Shown here: positions 1 to 14,800 of the stretch, piece after piece
How positions within the stretch are numbered: position 1 is the first letter of the stretch
How the letters are laid out: the number at the start of each line of letters is the position of its first letter
Assembly: GCA_051362555.1 (NCBI GenBank)
Contig: CM120643.1
Span: 26,230,848 to 26,294,847 of the forward strand
Source: Lingula anatina
Taxonomy: Eukaryota; Animalia; Brachiopoda
Reading direction: 5' to 3'
DNA: 64,000 nucleotides
Notes under the pieces: generated by a model
Database searches by the model: none
What the model was told of the DNA's origin: nothing
Seen by the model: only the letters and a program-made list of their open reading frames with translations
Made by a program: the position numbers and the translations under genes

Positions 1-3000
1 CACCGCTGTGAAGTTGACATTTTAACAATTATTACGAGTATCGCCTTATTTCCTGATGAACAATTTATATAAATATCCCACCCACATTTCACACCATTAA
101 TTTTCAACCATATTGTTCCGCCCGTGTTAAATTCAATTCTTGTAAATATTTTAAATAAAATCAACAGAGGATTATTTGACTCCATGGTAAAATTTAGAAA
201 CAATGCTTATTTTGTCGCTTCAAGAGGAGATATTGATAATAATAATAATAATAGTAATAATAATATTAATGAAGGTTTTTAGCGCTAAATGATACATTGT
301 TAAATTTCACAGCTCTCGACAATACATATTCTTATACAGAATACATTAATTATAAAAACTACAAATATTGAAAACGACAGTTGTGTATATCAGGCATATT
401 AATCCAGCATTTTTATCTGGCATATACAATTATTGCATAAAATATCTGACGCGAAAATGCTTCATTTCAACTAAGTCAAACATTTAGCATTTCACTTCGT
501 TAGAATCTATTTTACTCGGGTCATAGATCTTTGTCAAAATTGCTCCGTTATCAATACAAAAGGGAGATGTATAATATAAAGCATTTTCTCGTTCTGTTTA
601 GCTAGAGAACAACCCCAGCTGATTGTACCCTTATTTGTTCGTGTTGGCGGAATCTAACTGTTTACGCCGTTAACTTCACGCCACGGGAGAATCATTCTGA
701 AATTACATCCCGAGACTTACTCTTTTAGGAATTAATTAATCCAGGCAGAGTGTGAAAATTTCACTGGACAAAGGGCAAACTTGCGGCTTTCTCCGTTAGC
801 CCTTCTGGGCACTACGGTGTGAAAGGCCTCATTGTGCCCATGGTAAGACGTTTACCCAGGCTTTTTAAGCTAAATACAAAAGCGACACTTCACAAAAACG
901 GGGGAAACAACATTAGTGCGCATTTAATATCGCTCACACAACGCCTTGTACATTTCACCCTTTATTCCTTGTCGATTTCAGGCATTTTTATGTAACTTTT
1001 AACTTCCTCGTGAACAATGGCCCCTGAAAACAACAGTGAAAGAAACACGGTTTCATTTTTCATGTCTGGAAAACAATTTCATGGCAAGGACGAAGAGAGC
1101 GAGGTGGAACACGTTGTAAATCGTTCGCTCTCACAGTGGAAAATAACAATCTAATTTCAGGTTTGCTGTATCACGGCACAGGAGTGGGTTTGGGGGTCCC
1201 CCAAAAAGCCCTGAAAGGTGACGAGAAGTTATTGAAATAGATTTGTCGTGTCGTCTGCTGCGTTGATGATGGGGTGTCCCGCTGGGGAGGTGTAACCCGA
1301 GGTATACAGAGGTATCGGGAAGCGTTCACTTCACCGTGGGGACACAAATTGCAGCACAAAGGAAGTTTAATTCGATAGTCCTCCCTGGGGTAGAGTAGAC
1401 GACGCTTTTGCCCTCTTAAAAAGATAGTTCTTGCGAAGAGAAGAGCTCCAACCTGCAAACAGCCATCGAAATTAATGAGAACCACCCTACCCACTAAATA
1501 TCTGCGAGCTGAAGTCCTCACCTTGTTGTAGTGAGAGGAGAGCTAATTCCAACAATGGGAGAATCAAACAAATTAAATGACACTTGGAAGAAAAGCACGA
1601 GCGATTCAAAATGAGAATAAAGCCATGACCCTTCCGCACAAGAGAAGATTATTACGTTATTAGCCTGCGATGCTTTCAGGTGTCTAAAATTACAATCAGA
1701 GACCAGTGAATTTTGTGAATAATTTACAAAGAGCGAGTTGGCCGTCCAGCGAGGCGTGAATGACTTTCGAAGCACAGAGGTTGCTGATTATATAATTCCG
1801 TTACACATTTCTCTTTGCTGTAGTTAGAAGAGAGAAATGCGCCTAGAAATGACATATGTCTACCTCCAGTGTTGACATCATGTATGCCAAAAGATTCTAC
1901 TAGCAGATTCATATTTATTATATTTATTAGTAACAATTTGCACAATAGACTCGAGCTGAAATACGAAACGATAACAGTGAATTTGAACCAGCACAAGAGG
2001 CTCCAAGTCTCTCTCTCCGTCACCTGAATAAAATTATAATGTCACTCTATATAGTCGGTTACAATGGTATTGTATGGGGTCTTCTTGCTGAGTAGTGGTA
2101 ATAACGTCCGACTGTAGCGCTGCAGATGCATGTTTTGATGAACCGTTGGAAGACTGAAAAATAACCAAAAACAGCATCACATATTAAATCAGTGTTGTTA
2201 TCTTAAACTAGAATTAAATGGGTTATTTTCCTTGCGCTTTGAGAGTCACTTTTGCTACAGAATTAAGAGCCTTGCAGAACTGTGTATAAATATCGCGATT
2301 TGACATTTATCTCGGATTGCGTTTCATTATGTGCCGTCGCGAAATGCCATTATTTTTCTCTATCTAATATATAAATGCTATCCCCGTATTGAACGCATTA
2401 AGTCTTAATCGTCCAATTAAGTTCACCTTTTTCTCTTCAATCCCAGGCGAGTGTCGGGAGAGCAAACGCGAGAAACGCGAGACAACGACTGCTGGTGAAA
2501 TGGTACTCATCTCGAGCTGAGGATGCTATCCCTGACATGTGCCCAATCACTCTTAAATAAATTAATTTCTTTATTGCAGTGTATTAGAAGGTCTCGGGTT
2601 ACCCTCTCCCCGCACCGAGAAATAAAGTACTTAATCGAGAATAATGGACGCTGGTTCGTTCCATCGAGTCTGATAAAGGAGACGTATATTGTCTCGCGTT
2701 TCACCCTGTCTCGCTAGGAGCAATTGTCTGTTTAAGTGTCTACGGTTCAATTTGTCGTCAAGTCGGTGACGACAGGGAAAAGAACGCTCAGCTGTCATCG
2801 TAGGAGATTTTAAAGATAGGCGAGGCAGGTAGTCACTGATCTAACAATAATAATGATAATAATAATAATAATACTATAACCAGTATTAATAGTATTACCA
2901 ATGACTTCTCATCTAGGTCAGTAGACATATAGATTTGTTGTCAATGATCAATGTTTAATGAATGTATAAATGAATGAATAAATAAATACACTCAAGCTGC

Positions 3001-6000
3001 GTGGATAGCATAATATAGATAATGAATAAATAAAGCCAAATAAACAAACCTCTGCCTTGCCTTGACTGGGCCGTTTGTTTTCTTTGGTGCACACTTGATG
3101 TCTTGATATCAAGCTTATGAGAGGCAAAAGCGGTTATCAAAGTCATTAACGAATACATGCAATTGAAATTAAGTAATTTTTTCCGCGGTGAACCGTTCCG
3201 GGCTACTCCCTCCCCATTACGAGTGACTAGCTTTGGGAGTAAAAGTACACGCCAATCAAAAACAATCCTCAAAAGTTAACACATTGATTTGACCGGCTCG
3301 GATTCTATGAATATTGTGAAATATATGAAATTAAACTTCCCCGGTAAATCGAATAACTATTCCTCTCGAGATATGCCATTATACTAAGTCAACAACACAG
3401 AAAGCGTCGCGTCACTCAAATTACAATTAAAGTCAAGGCTAGAGCAGCGGCTAAATCCAAAGACAATCCACTAAAACAATTAGAAGACAAATTAAGCTTT
3501 GGAAAGATATTGGACAATTATTAACCGCAAAACAGCCGTTGCAAAATTTGTGAAAAGCAGACATTCAGAGTTTGCTTTGTAAATTATTTCCAAGCACAAA
3601 AAAAAGGAAAAAAAGGAAAGAAAAATATCATCCATAATTTGCAGGTAACATTACTTGATAATGATATATTATTTTGTTATTTTCGAGTGCTTATAAAATA
3701 TTTTATATATTAAGAAATATTGTAAGTACTTACTTTTTTGTCAATATTACCCCGCGCTTCTTTTAAGATTGTACATGAGTCGAGTTAGGATTATATCATT
3801 AACACGCGGATTTTATTATTAACACAAGGAATTCTCGAACTATTCGAGACTTTGACAGCTGCGGGGTCTAAGAACAATTTGCTAGGTAAAAGTTGGTCGG
3901 GAAATCTAATATTGAGGTGTGGGCAAAATTCAGATCATTCTCAGATTTGTAGGCGCAGCTTGAAACGGCCATTGTTTTCGGCTTTCTGATGAACTTTTTC
4001 TCTGCCCGCATAGAAACTTTCACACAGACATTCTGTACTTAACACAAGTGGTAACACACAATGCCATGGTTGACATCGGTGAATTTTTCCACGGTTCCAG
4101 TTAATTATGGATTTCTGGAAATTAAACTTGGAAGCCTCACCCCAGCCCGAGCAGAGAACAGTGGAGAGTTCTCTGTGGAGGTTTCTGCTCGAAATCGCTG
4201 GAACTAAAGGACTGAGTCGAAATTATCGAAGAACGTTTAGTACAATCCATCGCATGGTCTCATAACAAAATGGTCCAAACAATGCAACCCCAAATCAATT
4301 GTGGGACTCGGCTAAATAAGAAATTGACAAACTAATTCAAGCGATGAGAGAAACTTAAATTTCAGTGTCAACGAATCGATGCTGTCCACGACTACAAGGT
4401 TAGAAAAATACGTTGCTGTAATTGCTAGTTATCGACTTTTCTGAAAGAAAATCGTCCAAAGTGTACAACGATAGGGCACCCTCTCTCCAAGCGTGCTGTT
4501 GAAAAACAACCAAAAATAACATTTTAATTATATGACTTTCAATTAAGTGGTTTACTCTCAATTAGTAGAACTAATAAAGGACAAAATGTTAATTGTTGGA
4601 TTACGCACGAATATTTGTAATAACTACTAAGCGGCTTCTGGGTAACCTGATTACTTTGATAAATACGTTGGTAGTAAGACTAGAAAACATTCATCTGCGT
4701 TTTTCTGTTAAGAGCATAAAGTTATGTCCCACCTCCAGTTTCAGCGTTTTTTGTTTTATTTTTAGATATCGCTTCTATAGTCAATTTATAACGATAGCAA
4801 AAAATAGTCCACACAGAATTTATTAAACAAAAAGTTGCACATTAAAAACATTAAACGTTCAAAAAAGTCTATGTAAATCAACACACACTTGCTTCACAGA
4901 GCAAATTGTTTGCCAGAAATTACCAAAGAGGAGGACGGGATAAGCATCGATCACGCACTTAAGTGCATTTCCTGAGCCGTTTAAAAGCCGTGTTCAAAGC
5001 AGCAAATGTATATATCTTTTGTTTATAGCTCCAACCCCATGTTGAACTTGGTTTCCAAAATCGGATGGTCGCACTGGGGCGCCTCGCTGTTGCTACTAAT
5101 GTGTTTAAAATACGAAACTAAAAAGCTGCTGATTCTGACCGACTTTGGGTGACCCATATGAACTAAGCCCAAAATACTGCCTTCCTCCTTAATTAAAATA
5201 CCATGGGCATTATATCTAACACTCCCCTTCCAAAAAAAAATTCATTTTTGATCTTTTTGCGATTCAACGTAGTGAAATTCGTGACAAGGCCATTTTTTTA
5301 TCTGGCTTTATTTTCTATAATCACCTATAGCGAGGGTGTCGTTACTCCGGGATCGAGCTGTACAAATATGTCAACAATACAAGGACTGACTGGTTCTATA
5401 TAACTTGCAATTTCACCCACCTCGACAAGGCTGTGTCTATTTGTTCAGCTAAATTGAAACATTTATTCGACAGCCCGGTGGTCCTAAGAGTAATAATAGA
5501 AGTCAAATCCCACAACGAAACAGCCCATGCTGCACGTTAAATATCATTAAAAACTAATTTGGATATATCTTTATAAAATTCAGTGAATTTTGTAATTATC
5601 TTGCAGTTTATTTTGAACTGTATGTATTTTAGCACAATTAGTGCGGATAAGGTTAAGGTTGATTTGGGGAATTGTGGCATTATTTTTTTTTACAGAATAA
5701 CACTTTATTTGAATAATGACTCAGTTGAAATAGAAACATAATTTGACCTTCGAAAGATTTGTATTTTTTTCCCTTAATATAATCTAAAGATAACATATTT
5801 TCTTTCCAACAAATGCAAAATCGTCTTGAATATTTTGTCTCCTTATAAAATATATTCTTACTCTGCATTTTAATAGCTAACTTTTGGTACTATAATTTGT
5901 GATATCTCCAGAAAGAAAATGATCTGAAAATAGACACCTATTCAGCGATTAAATCCACATAAAAAAGTCAAAAGCATAGCTGCAAATTTCGCATTTCCCG

Positions 6001-9000
6001 CCGCTGCTTTGATTCAGGGTGGCGAATATTATCGTAGAATTCTTCGTGTGAATTCAGATAAAATCTGGCATTTTTCTCGAGTTTCTGTAAAACAGTGAAA
6101 TATATCGTATTTTCAAGTGGTGGTTCAACCAGATGTTTGCAGGGATAAATAGCCGCAGAAGACGCTCTGGTTTCCCTCGCTGTAGGAAAAAAAGAGAATT
6201 CCCGATTTAGAGAGGTGGTGTGCATAACCATTCAATATAGATATCAAATGTGGTTCCTTGGACCTACATGAACTGCAGTTTTTTTTTTTTCTTTCAATGC
6301 ACATATCTTAACCAATTAGTTTTTTTTCTATGCCTCTAAAATACGCTAATTGTAATTAATTTTTTATGTGTAGATTTTTCTCTCACACAAATATGCTACT
6401 GCTGGCGGTGGAAGGCATCTGACCGATACAGTAAGTTTTCATGTAAATCTACAAATTGCAAAAGTCTTCAAAATATGTCAGCTTGCCTGCACGTAAAGAG
6501 GCATGTGATAGTTATATGATTAGGGACGAGTTAGGGGTGGGGACTGGAAAGCGAGCGTAAAATTATTCAATTACTGTGTAGAGATAGGCAGATAATTACC
6601 CCATGGTGGGGCAAGTAGCGGGAACCAACGCAGAGTTACGTAAGTGGACAGGGAGAGAGCAGCTCGCGCAGAAACTTGATCCCTCACCCCGGACTCCTCC
6701 ACCTGGCGCGTCCGAAATTTGATTTGGGCAACACGATCATAACATGAATTTCTGTCCGAGGGAATTCTAATCAAAAGTGATTTTCACAGTGAAAAAACTA
6801 AATACACTAATTCGTTTTAAAGACGACTGCTTTTTGATTTATTTTTTTCACATTTTTTTTCACTTCCTCGTGGGTGAAAATGAATAAGAGATAGAAGAGT
6901 CACGAAACGTGAATCATTCCGCCATGTTGGTTTCCCGTCTTCCCTACTGTTTTTAAATGGGGGCACCCGGTACACGATTAATTGCACATCTCATATGGTA
7001 CACATGATTCTAGTTAGGGACTTGTTGAGGCAAATTTGTACCCCATGTCTTCAGCAAATGTCCGCGCAAATTCTCAGCTGACCAATTAATTAAGAGTATG
7101 GCTTCGAGGTAGGTTCAAAGATGGTCCGATTTTAACTCCCCTGCCCACCCTCTCATTGCTAAGGAAAGAAAGGACGGACTTTGGGAGGTTTATCCAATCA
7201 CCGTGGAACAAAGCAGAGTTTGGTCAGTCCTGAAATGAGCAATTTAGACCCAATTTTCCGTCAGATTGCTGGGATGTAAAAGGGGAATTGAAATACGCGT
7301 GCAGTGGCCAAAAAGGGCTTACTTTAAAAGTTCCGCTTCAATTCACCCCGAGGAAAGCAAACATTAGCCTCATAGCTGCAAAGTACCGCTAATTGCATTA
7401 AGTAACAATGGACGCTTGTCTGTTTGGATAACGGTATAAAGACATGGTACTTTCACTCTTTATCTACCTACCAATGAATAGGACAGAAAAGACTAATGCT
7501 CTTTCAATGGGTTTATAAGTTTGGAAAGCGTAAATTGCACCCAAGTTTTCTCTCGGTACTAAAACGTGATCTCCTCTGTCAGAAATTAGGAAGCTTAAAC
7601 CCCAAAATGTTCATCTCGCTTTCTAAGCACATTAAAACCATCTCGCTCATCTTGCATGAAAAATTTTCTCCTGTTGATACTTTTGAGCTTAATGCTCGTA
7701 TTATTTGCATTGTAACCTATCCGTATAAAAGAAAAAGGTAAGAGGATTTTCTGTAGTGAAAATCCCTGAGATAAGGTGAAATAATCGCCAAATGACCACC
7801 TTCGCCTCGGGTGGAAAAGCGGTGCTTCACAAAAATCACTAATTCTTCAAAAGAGCCGCATCTGAGAAGAGCTTAAGAATAATTTCTTTCTAAAATTACG
7901 AACTCTTTCATTCGATAATCATGTTAAATTTGCCTGGGCTGAGTTTTATTTGATGCAGAAAAAATTACTTTTACATTTTACCCAGTGACAATCACCCGAA
8001 ATATCCAACCTTTTTGTCATGCTGTACCTGAATTTCTAACTTAAATTTTTTTTTCTTCGCCTCCAATTTTATTCATCCAATTTACATGATTAAGAAAAAT
8101 TATTTATATTTCTTCTGATCAAATTTGATATTAATAGTCACCATTATAATTTTGATTTTTTTAAAAATTAATTTAAAATTTGATTATATTAGAATAAAAA
8201 TCAGTGTGTTAAAATATTTAATTTCCACACTCGAGTTTTTTCTAAAAAGTATAAAAGCATGAATACCAATAAAATTAATATTTTAGTACAAAATGTTTAT
8301 TGCATCTTAAGTGCATGTGACTAAAACTATACCAATACGCTACAAAACACGTACATTTTTTTTCTAGGAGGAACAAATTGAATTGTGAGTATACTGACGA
8401 CTTGCTACTACCAAATTCTGTACATTTATCTAAGAATAATATAATAATAATATTTATAACATGTGTAGCAAAAAAGAAACTTTGGTATACTGCGTAGAGG
8501 ATGTTCCTTAACTTATAAAAATATTTAAATATCTGAGTAAAATCTTTTTTGATTGTCTCGATCGCCTTTTATTATAATTATAATATTATTGTTAGTAAAA
8601 AGAGTGGAATTGTCTCTTCTTGCACCCTGCTCCATTACTCCTGAACACCGAAATAAACGGTGCCATCAATACTCCTTAACATTTTGAAAAAAAGTGTCCT
8701 TGCACAGATTAAATGAAAAATTAAAAATAAAAACAATAACTGTAGAACCGTGTACCACATTTTTTTCGACCGTTAGCTCATTTTCCTAAGATGACACTAC
8801 ATACACACGCGCTTAAACGGCGATAAACCTTAGCAAGAAAATGTGTGATTTAGCCCACTAGATTTGTTGACATCTGGATTATTATCAGCTCACCTTGTTT
8901 ACTGAGAATACACGCACCTATTATCTAGTGCTAAAATTAAAAACAACTGATAATAATACTACCAATCAATTCCTTAAGGTGATAAACCAACAACGGACCA

Positions 9001-10026
9001 AATCGAAGTTATTTATGATACAATTTAGAGTTTGTATATGCAGGATCTAAGTACAAACAAAACTACTGCAGATCCCGCCGCCATATTTTTTACAAAAAAA
9101 AAAAATTGCTCTACATGCAGAGCTCAAGATGGATTTAATCCAAATTCAAAAATATTATTTCGACCTAGATCTTCGGGTGAGCCCGTATATTATTGTCAGA
9201 AAATTAATGATTTTTCTCCACACATTACCTATAGGCTAGCTATCACGGGGTTTATCTGGCGAATTTCTAATATGGTGACAGTATTTCTGTGGTACAAAAG
9301 ATCTCAATAGACTTGACTGTCTCTCTCTATACTGTCTGTTTGAATAGATCACTTGCCCGCCTCTTTCAACAAATTGTACAGCAAAATAAACAAACTGAAT
9401 GACGGGGTAACTGTCACAGATAAAGTAATTTTACGACGCTTCCTGTCCTTTTGATGACACTCGCTGGTCCGAAAACTTGAGACATATGTTACCAGAGCTA
9501 GACACAGGACTTTTGGACGTAAATTTGGAGTCCATTTCATCACGTCCTTTACAGCTATATAAACTTAATGCTTCAACCAGAGATTCAAATTAATCATAAC
9601 AACACCCTGCGTGCCTTATACTTTTACTCTCCACTCACAAAAATATTCACAGAATTAACTGGGTTAAATTTTCACCAAATTAAATCTCATATACATTTTT
9701 TGGCAATTTTTGTGGCATACAACACGAACTGTATTTTTCAAGGATCGAGTATTTAACGCCTGTCAAGAAATAAATATAATTGGACAGAATTACTAAATAA
9801 TTACAACTTGTTCTCAGTAAATAAATATCGAGCTTTCTTGACAGAACACCAACACCCGCCGCAAAATTCCAGCACGTTTTTCAGTGGAAAATTCATCCCA
9901 TGAAATTTCTGTGAATTATTTTGCCTCGGCAATGTGATCATTTGGGTACTTACAGGCAGTAAATTAACAACATGCCGTGAAGTAGAAGTAGTAGGGCGTG
10001 AAGTCACAGAGTCACAAGAGTTCACA

Positions 10027-11487
10027 CTAATATTTGGTACAGTCATAGGCGTAGGGCGAAGTCTTATATGGGCCTCTGTAGGCGGCAAGCTGACAGCTGT
10101 CCGATGTCGCCGTCTGTTGCGCTGTGGAACTGTACAGGTAAGAGTTATTAATGTCCGCGCCTCCATGACTCAAATCCGTCACATTTGAAGCAGGAAGATA
10201 CCAGGAATTGGGTGTACGGGAATAGGCAGGGGCTTGGTGCGTCATGTTCATAGACAACCCCTGGTCGTCAGTTGCCCCGGACATGGCGGCCATGGAGGGC
10301 ATGCCAGAGCTTAGGGGACGCTCCCCTGGGAACACGGAAGCAGCTGCGTTGTTGAGAGCGGCGTAACCCATGGGGCTGGAGGTCTGCAGGGGACGGCCGT
10401 AGGCTGACAGGGGCTGGGGAGAGATCAACTGGGAAGACGCCCCCGGTCGAGAGACAGACGTTAACATAGTCAGATCCGAGCTTTGTGTGGTCATAATATT
10501 TTCCACGGAAAAGTTGTTCACGGAACTCACCGCCACAGAGTCGTATGTTAGCGGGTCTGGCGGAATAGGGAGAGAATTCTGCGAGGAGGATTGCTTCATG
10601 CCGCCATTACTCATCGAGTCAATGGGTTCGAGTTTGGTTTGAACTAAATTGCTTGAGCCCGGAGTGTTGGATTCGGAAGATACCATGAGATGCTGCTGCT
10701 GCTGTTGATGTTGTTGTTGCTGCTGTTGCTGTTGTTGTTGCTGGGATTTTAACTCCAAATCCGAGGGGTCACTTTCCCCTGTCTGTCCCTGAGAATCCCC
10801 ATCACTCATCCCTCCATCAATCCCGCTTTTCTGTCCATCCGTGAACGACGCAGATGATTTATCACGCTCCTCGCGGTCCTTCAGAGCGTCTTTCTTCTTG
10901 AACCTCCTCCTGCGTCTCAGATAACTGCCGTTGTCGAACATATTATAGCTGTCAGGGTCCAGGGACCAGTAGCTGCCCTTCCCTGGCTTCTTGTCATCGC
11001 GAGGAACCTTGATGAAGCACTCATTAAGGCTGAGATTGTGGCGTATGGAGTTCTGCCAGCCTTGCTTATTTTCTCGATAATATGGAAACCTGTCCATAAT
11101 AAACTGATAGATCCCGTTCAGCGTGACCTTCTTCTCCGGGGCGCTCATAATGGACATGGCTATGAGAGCGATGTAGCTGTAAGGGGGTTTCACCATATCC
11201 TTGGGGGTGGTCTGGGGCCCGTACGGCTGGTGGCCGTAGGGAGAAGGCCTGTGCATGGCGTACTGGTCTGGATACATGGTCATTCCCGTTGGCCCCATGG
11301 ACATACCGGTCGAGGGGTACCCCGAGGGTGACTGGTGCCTGTAGTAGTTCTGTGTGTCGTAGAAGGAAGGCATGCTCGGCACCATCCCTAGGCCGCTGGG
11401 GTTGGAAGGCATAGCAGTCATGGAGTGGGCCGGGTACCGCGTCTGGAGAGTCCCGCCCGCCTGCATTGGCTGCATGACAGAGCACAT
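10027..11487 (-). CDS. FoxC: Forkhead box C transcription factor, single exon, 486 aa
   Basis: Forkhead domain [18 protein letters not shown]...[57 protein letters not shown] is typical of FoxC; eh1-like motif NFSVENIM; C-terminus YDCTKY as in vertebrate FoxC proteins; poly-Q tract; GC-rich ORF against AT-rich flanks. Confidence 0.96.
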   Translation of the reverse strand: MCSVMQPMQAGGTLQTRYPAHSMTAMPSNPSGLGMVPSMPSFYDTQNYYRHQSPSGYPSTGMSMGPTGMTMYPDQYAMHRPSPYGHQPYGPQTTPKDMVKPPYSYIALIAMSIMSAPEKKVTLNGIYQFIMDRFPYYRENKQGWQNSIRHNLSLNECFIKVPRDDKKPGKGSYWSLDPDSYNMFDNGSYLRRRRRFKKKDALKDREERDKSSASFTDGQKSGIDGGMSDGDSQGQTGESDPSDLELKSQQQQQQQQQQQHQQQQQHLMVSSESNTPGSSNLVQTKLEPIDSMSNGGMKQSSSQNSLPIPPDPLTYDSVAVSSVNNFSVENIMTTQSSDLTMLTSVSRPGASSQLISPQPLSAYGRPLQTSSPMGYAALNNAAASVFPGERPLSSGMPSMAAMSGATDDQGLSMNMTHQAPAYSRTPNSWYLPASNVTDLSHGGADINNSYLYSSTAQQTATSDSCQLAAYRGPYKTSPYAYDCTKY

Positions 11488-11599
11488 CTAAACTGAACAC
11501 GTTCTTACGCGGTGGACTTCTTCCTCTCTTCCTACTATTATCTGGCTTTAGCGTCTTGCTTGCTGCCACTTCTTTCCTTCCTCCTTTTCACTGTGTTAC

Positions 11600-11830
11600 T
11601 CGGTCTACCTTCACACTGACAGACCTATTTGATTGTGTGTGTGTTTATCTCAGAAAGATCAACTTGTAGATCTCCTTAATATTACTCCAGCAAGCCCCCT
11701 CTCACGTCAACATGGGCTATCACATGATTTGTTGTTATGCCAAGCTGCCGTATAAGGAAACTAAGCCCCACCCATGCGTGTAATCGGACCAATCACATCT
11801 CCGATTAGTCAGTGCTCGGCCACACACAAT
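11600..11830 (-). promoter_or_regulatory. Probable FoxC proximal promoter
   Basis: Immediately 5' of the FoxC ATG and a purine-rich leader. CCAAT box (~11789) flanked by the inverted repeat TAATCGGA...TCCGATTA (11781-11807); CRE half-site CACGTCA (~11704); Inr-like TCAGT on - strand (~11615-11619). The transcription start is not determinable. Confidence 0.45.
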
Positions 11831-14800
11831 GGAGGGCTTTTCAGAATATCATAATTATGCTTAGATGAGCTTTTCAATGATTCGATGTCAGTTTGACTGC
11901 CAAAGCTAGAAAAACTTTGCAACTGAGGGCTGGGTTGGGGAAATTGACACTGCAAAGGCTGTCAAGACGTCCCAGTTCATTTTTGCCCTGTTGTTTTGCC
12001 CCAGTTTTAGCACACAGGGAGAAAATGTTTTCTTTGTGGATATTTTGCTGGAAAATAAGCACTCGACAAGATCTAACATAAACCGATTATAATCAAATGA
12101 ATACCCGCATAAAGAGAGACACTTACAAACACTTGTAAAGCAAAACATTATTGCTGTACTCGAGTATAGTATTGATGCATGATAAGAGAAAATAAAGATG
12201 TTCAGGCAGTGTGTTTGGAGGATCAATTTTTAAAGTAAGCAAAACCAGGACCCGAACGCGATAAAAACAACATATTCCTGATAAACCAAAGGCAGAGCAA
12301 GGTTGAGGATTTCAGAACTGACTTGGAAGCTGTCAGAGAAAGTGGCAGGCCGGTCTGAAAGCTATTGTTCCCAGACAACGTAAATGAGATCGCTTCTCTC
12401 ACAGCTGTTACTGATTACCGGTGGCAGCAAAGGAAATCCCGGGTTACCGATGTCCAGGCAGGGTGCCGCGGCCACTGCCCAAATTTTGGCCATCTTTGCC
12501 CGAGGGTCCTGCAGCTGGACTCGTGTAGGTGCTAGCGGGGGACGATGGCGTTGCTGCCGACGGTGAAACAGCGACCGAGGAGCGAGCGGCCACTCCCGGA
12601 CGAGCCTCCTCCCTTTCCGTGAGAAAGTACCTGACAGTTTTCCCACCGGTGTGCGACGCAGGGAGCGCGGGGGACATCAAAGTTAAGAGGAATTGTGTAA
12701 GTTTCACTAGCTTAAGTGTTCGGTACAGCGCTGTGCTAACAATGTCAAGGAGATCGGTCAACAATTAATGTGCTTAGATCTATTTGCTCTGCCTTTAAGC
12801 CGGCTACTGTAAACGCACAACTAGATACACCAAGGTGTTGTCGATAATACGTTTATAACTGCATCCACCCCTAGAGGAGACCCCTTTGACGGTCTTAAGC
12901 CTCCCTTACGTAGACAGGACAAACCTACCAAGACCCACGCGGGAAAAATATTCGTGCCTTTCCATTTACCGTTTCATTTGATTTTTGCAAAATTATTCTC
13001 CAGTGAGGCGTAAACGGAGAATTGGTCCGACCCTTTGGCAGCAATTTCGTGTGATTTCTATGCAATGTATTTGCGTTAGCTTTAAGGAATTGTAAGGCCT
13101 ATTTTCCAGCCCTGTAGTCGGGTGTGAATAGGCCCCGTTAAGTGAATAGCGAGCGTGCAAAAGCGGTTTTGTCCGCTCCTCCAAGAACCTAGGGGTAGAT
13201 CGCATTGTGTTTGTGCACATTATTTGAACAAAGCTCTGCTAACGGGATTCCGTCCATCTCGTAATAAGTTTGCTCCTTTTCGGTGGGCGTGTAGAGGCAA
13301 AAAGGGTGTAATGTTTGGAAAGGGGAGGCCGAACACAAATTGCCTGAATGTATTAACAAGCAGAAACAAGCCAATTAAAACTGCCTAGGTAACTGGTGTT
13401 AAATCGCCCAGGTAAATCCTAGCCAAAATAGCCCCGTGCCTCCCCCCGTGTAACACACACAGTCACACAAACGAACACGTACAGGTCGAAATGAACAAAA
13501 TATCAACAATGGAATGTAAATTTACCCAGTGCCCACAAAAAGCGTGAGAAGTAGCGGCTAGGAAGTATCTAAGGCTGTTCATAAACATATTAGGTTATGA
13601 AGTGCCTTCGAGTAAGAGAGGCATAAATTTGGTGGCAATGAAGCAGACGACTCAACCGCACTTTGGCGGGTCAATGAGAACAACATTGGACCAACTGTCG
13701 TCTGCCCGTATCTTTCAGTATTGAATATCCCTCCACGTCCTTAGCATTTGTTTTAAATCATTCATGCTTACTTAGATGCGAAAACAGCAATGCTTCAACT
13801 TAAATATCACAATAAAGCCTGTAAATTTGTGTTAGAAATGAAATCTGTTTTCTCTAATAATAGAAAGTGTATAGTGTTAAATATTTAAGGAGGCTGAACT
13901 TGCGCCTTAGTTTGTGTATTCTGCCACTTCTGCAGACTATTTAGTTTACAACTTGTAGGCTAACGTGTTGCAAGAGTTTTTGGTCCATTTAGCTGGTAAA
14001 TATAACATCGTTCGGGTGGTTGGAAGTTGTTATCTCTGTCAACTTACTTTAACTGATTTGCCTCTGATGGGTTTTCATACACACGCGCTTCGAGGTAAAC
14101 CCGATAGAACGAAATGTGGCCGTTGTACAGAAAAAATAAGGTTTGTTTGAATCAATTATATTTTCTATTTTTTAGTCTTAATAAGGTCCGTGTTGAGTTT
14201 ATCAATAGTATTATGCAGAGATATACTTGGTTGGTAGAACAACAAGCGTGAAAAAGGAACAGCGTTCGCTAACAGACGCTGAGGAATGATTGACAGGCCT
14301 TTCAATGAAAGTGTGAATGTGTGTGAGTACTTTAATGATATACGTGAGTTTTTCTCCGTGATTTATGGAACCACCACGCTACATGTTTTTATAACGTAGC
14401 CCCCCGACTTTCGCGGGAAAGGTGGAAATTAATTGTTCATTTCATGTCGTCTGCGTCCTTGAAAAGAATATAGCCTCGTCTCGCGCTCCCGATTCCGGGC
14501 TGATTTTTATCAACAAATCCCCACTTCATTAAAATTCAATTTAGTGGCAAATTTTACCCTGTTTATGCCTAATAGAAATCTGATTAAATTCGATTAAATT
14601 GTGGTTCGCTAAGGGGATACTGAGAATAAAACATCTCGTACGGAAGATCGTGCCCCCGGGCTTCGCTCTTTATTGAAGATGAAAAATAGTGTTTCAGCGG
14701 CTCACGTTTCGAACAACTTGGCTTGTTTTGAAGCCTACCTTTCACCAAAAATGTGCAAGCCACGTGTTGAAGATTTTCGGCAGACGGTGCAAATTACTCG

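Noticed and set aside
2076-2145. tRNA-like stretch (GTAGTGGTAATAACGTCCGACTGTAG)
   Set aside because: No intact B-box or acceptor stem; at most a decayed SINE.
9801-11569. ORFs overlapping FoxC (9801-10166, 9934-10188, 11038-11331, 11066-11569)
   Set aside because: Alternative-frame or antisense by-products of the GC-rich FoxC CDS, with no recognisable motifs.
12362-12768. Overlapping short ORFs upstream of FoxC
   Set aside because: GC-rich promoter-proximal island with ORFs in several frames and no protein-like signal.
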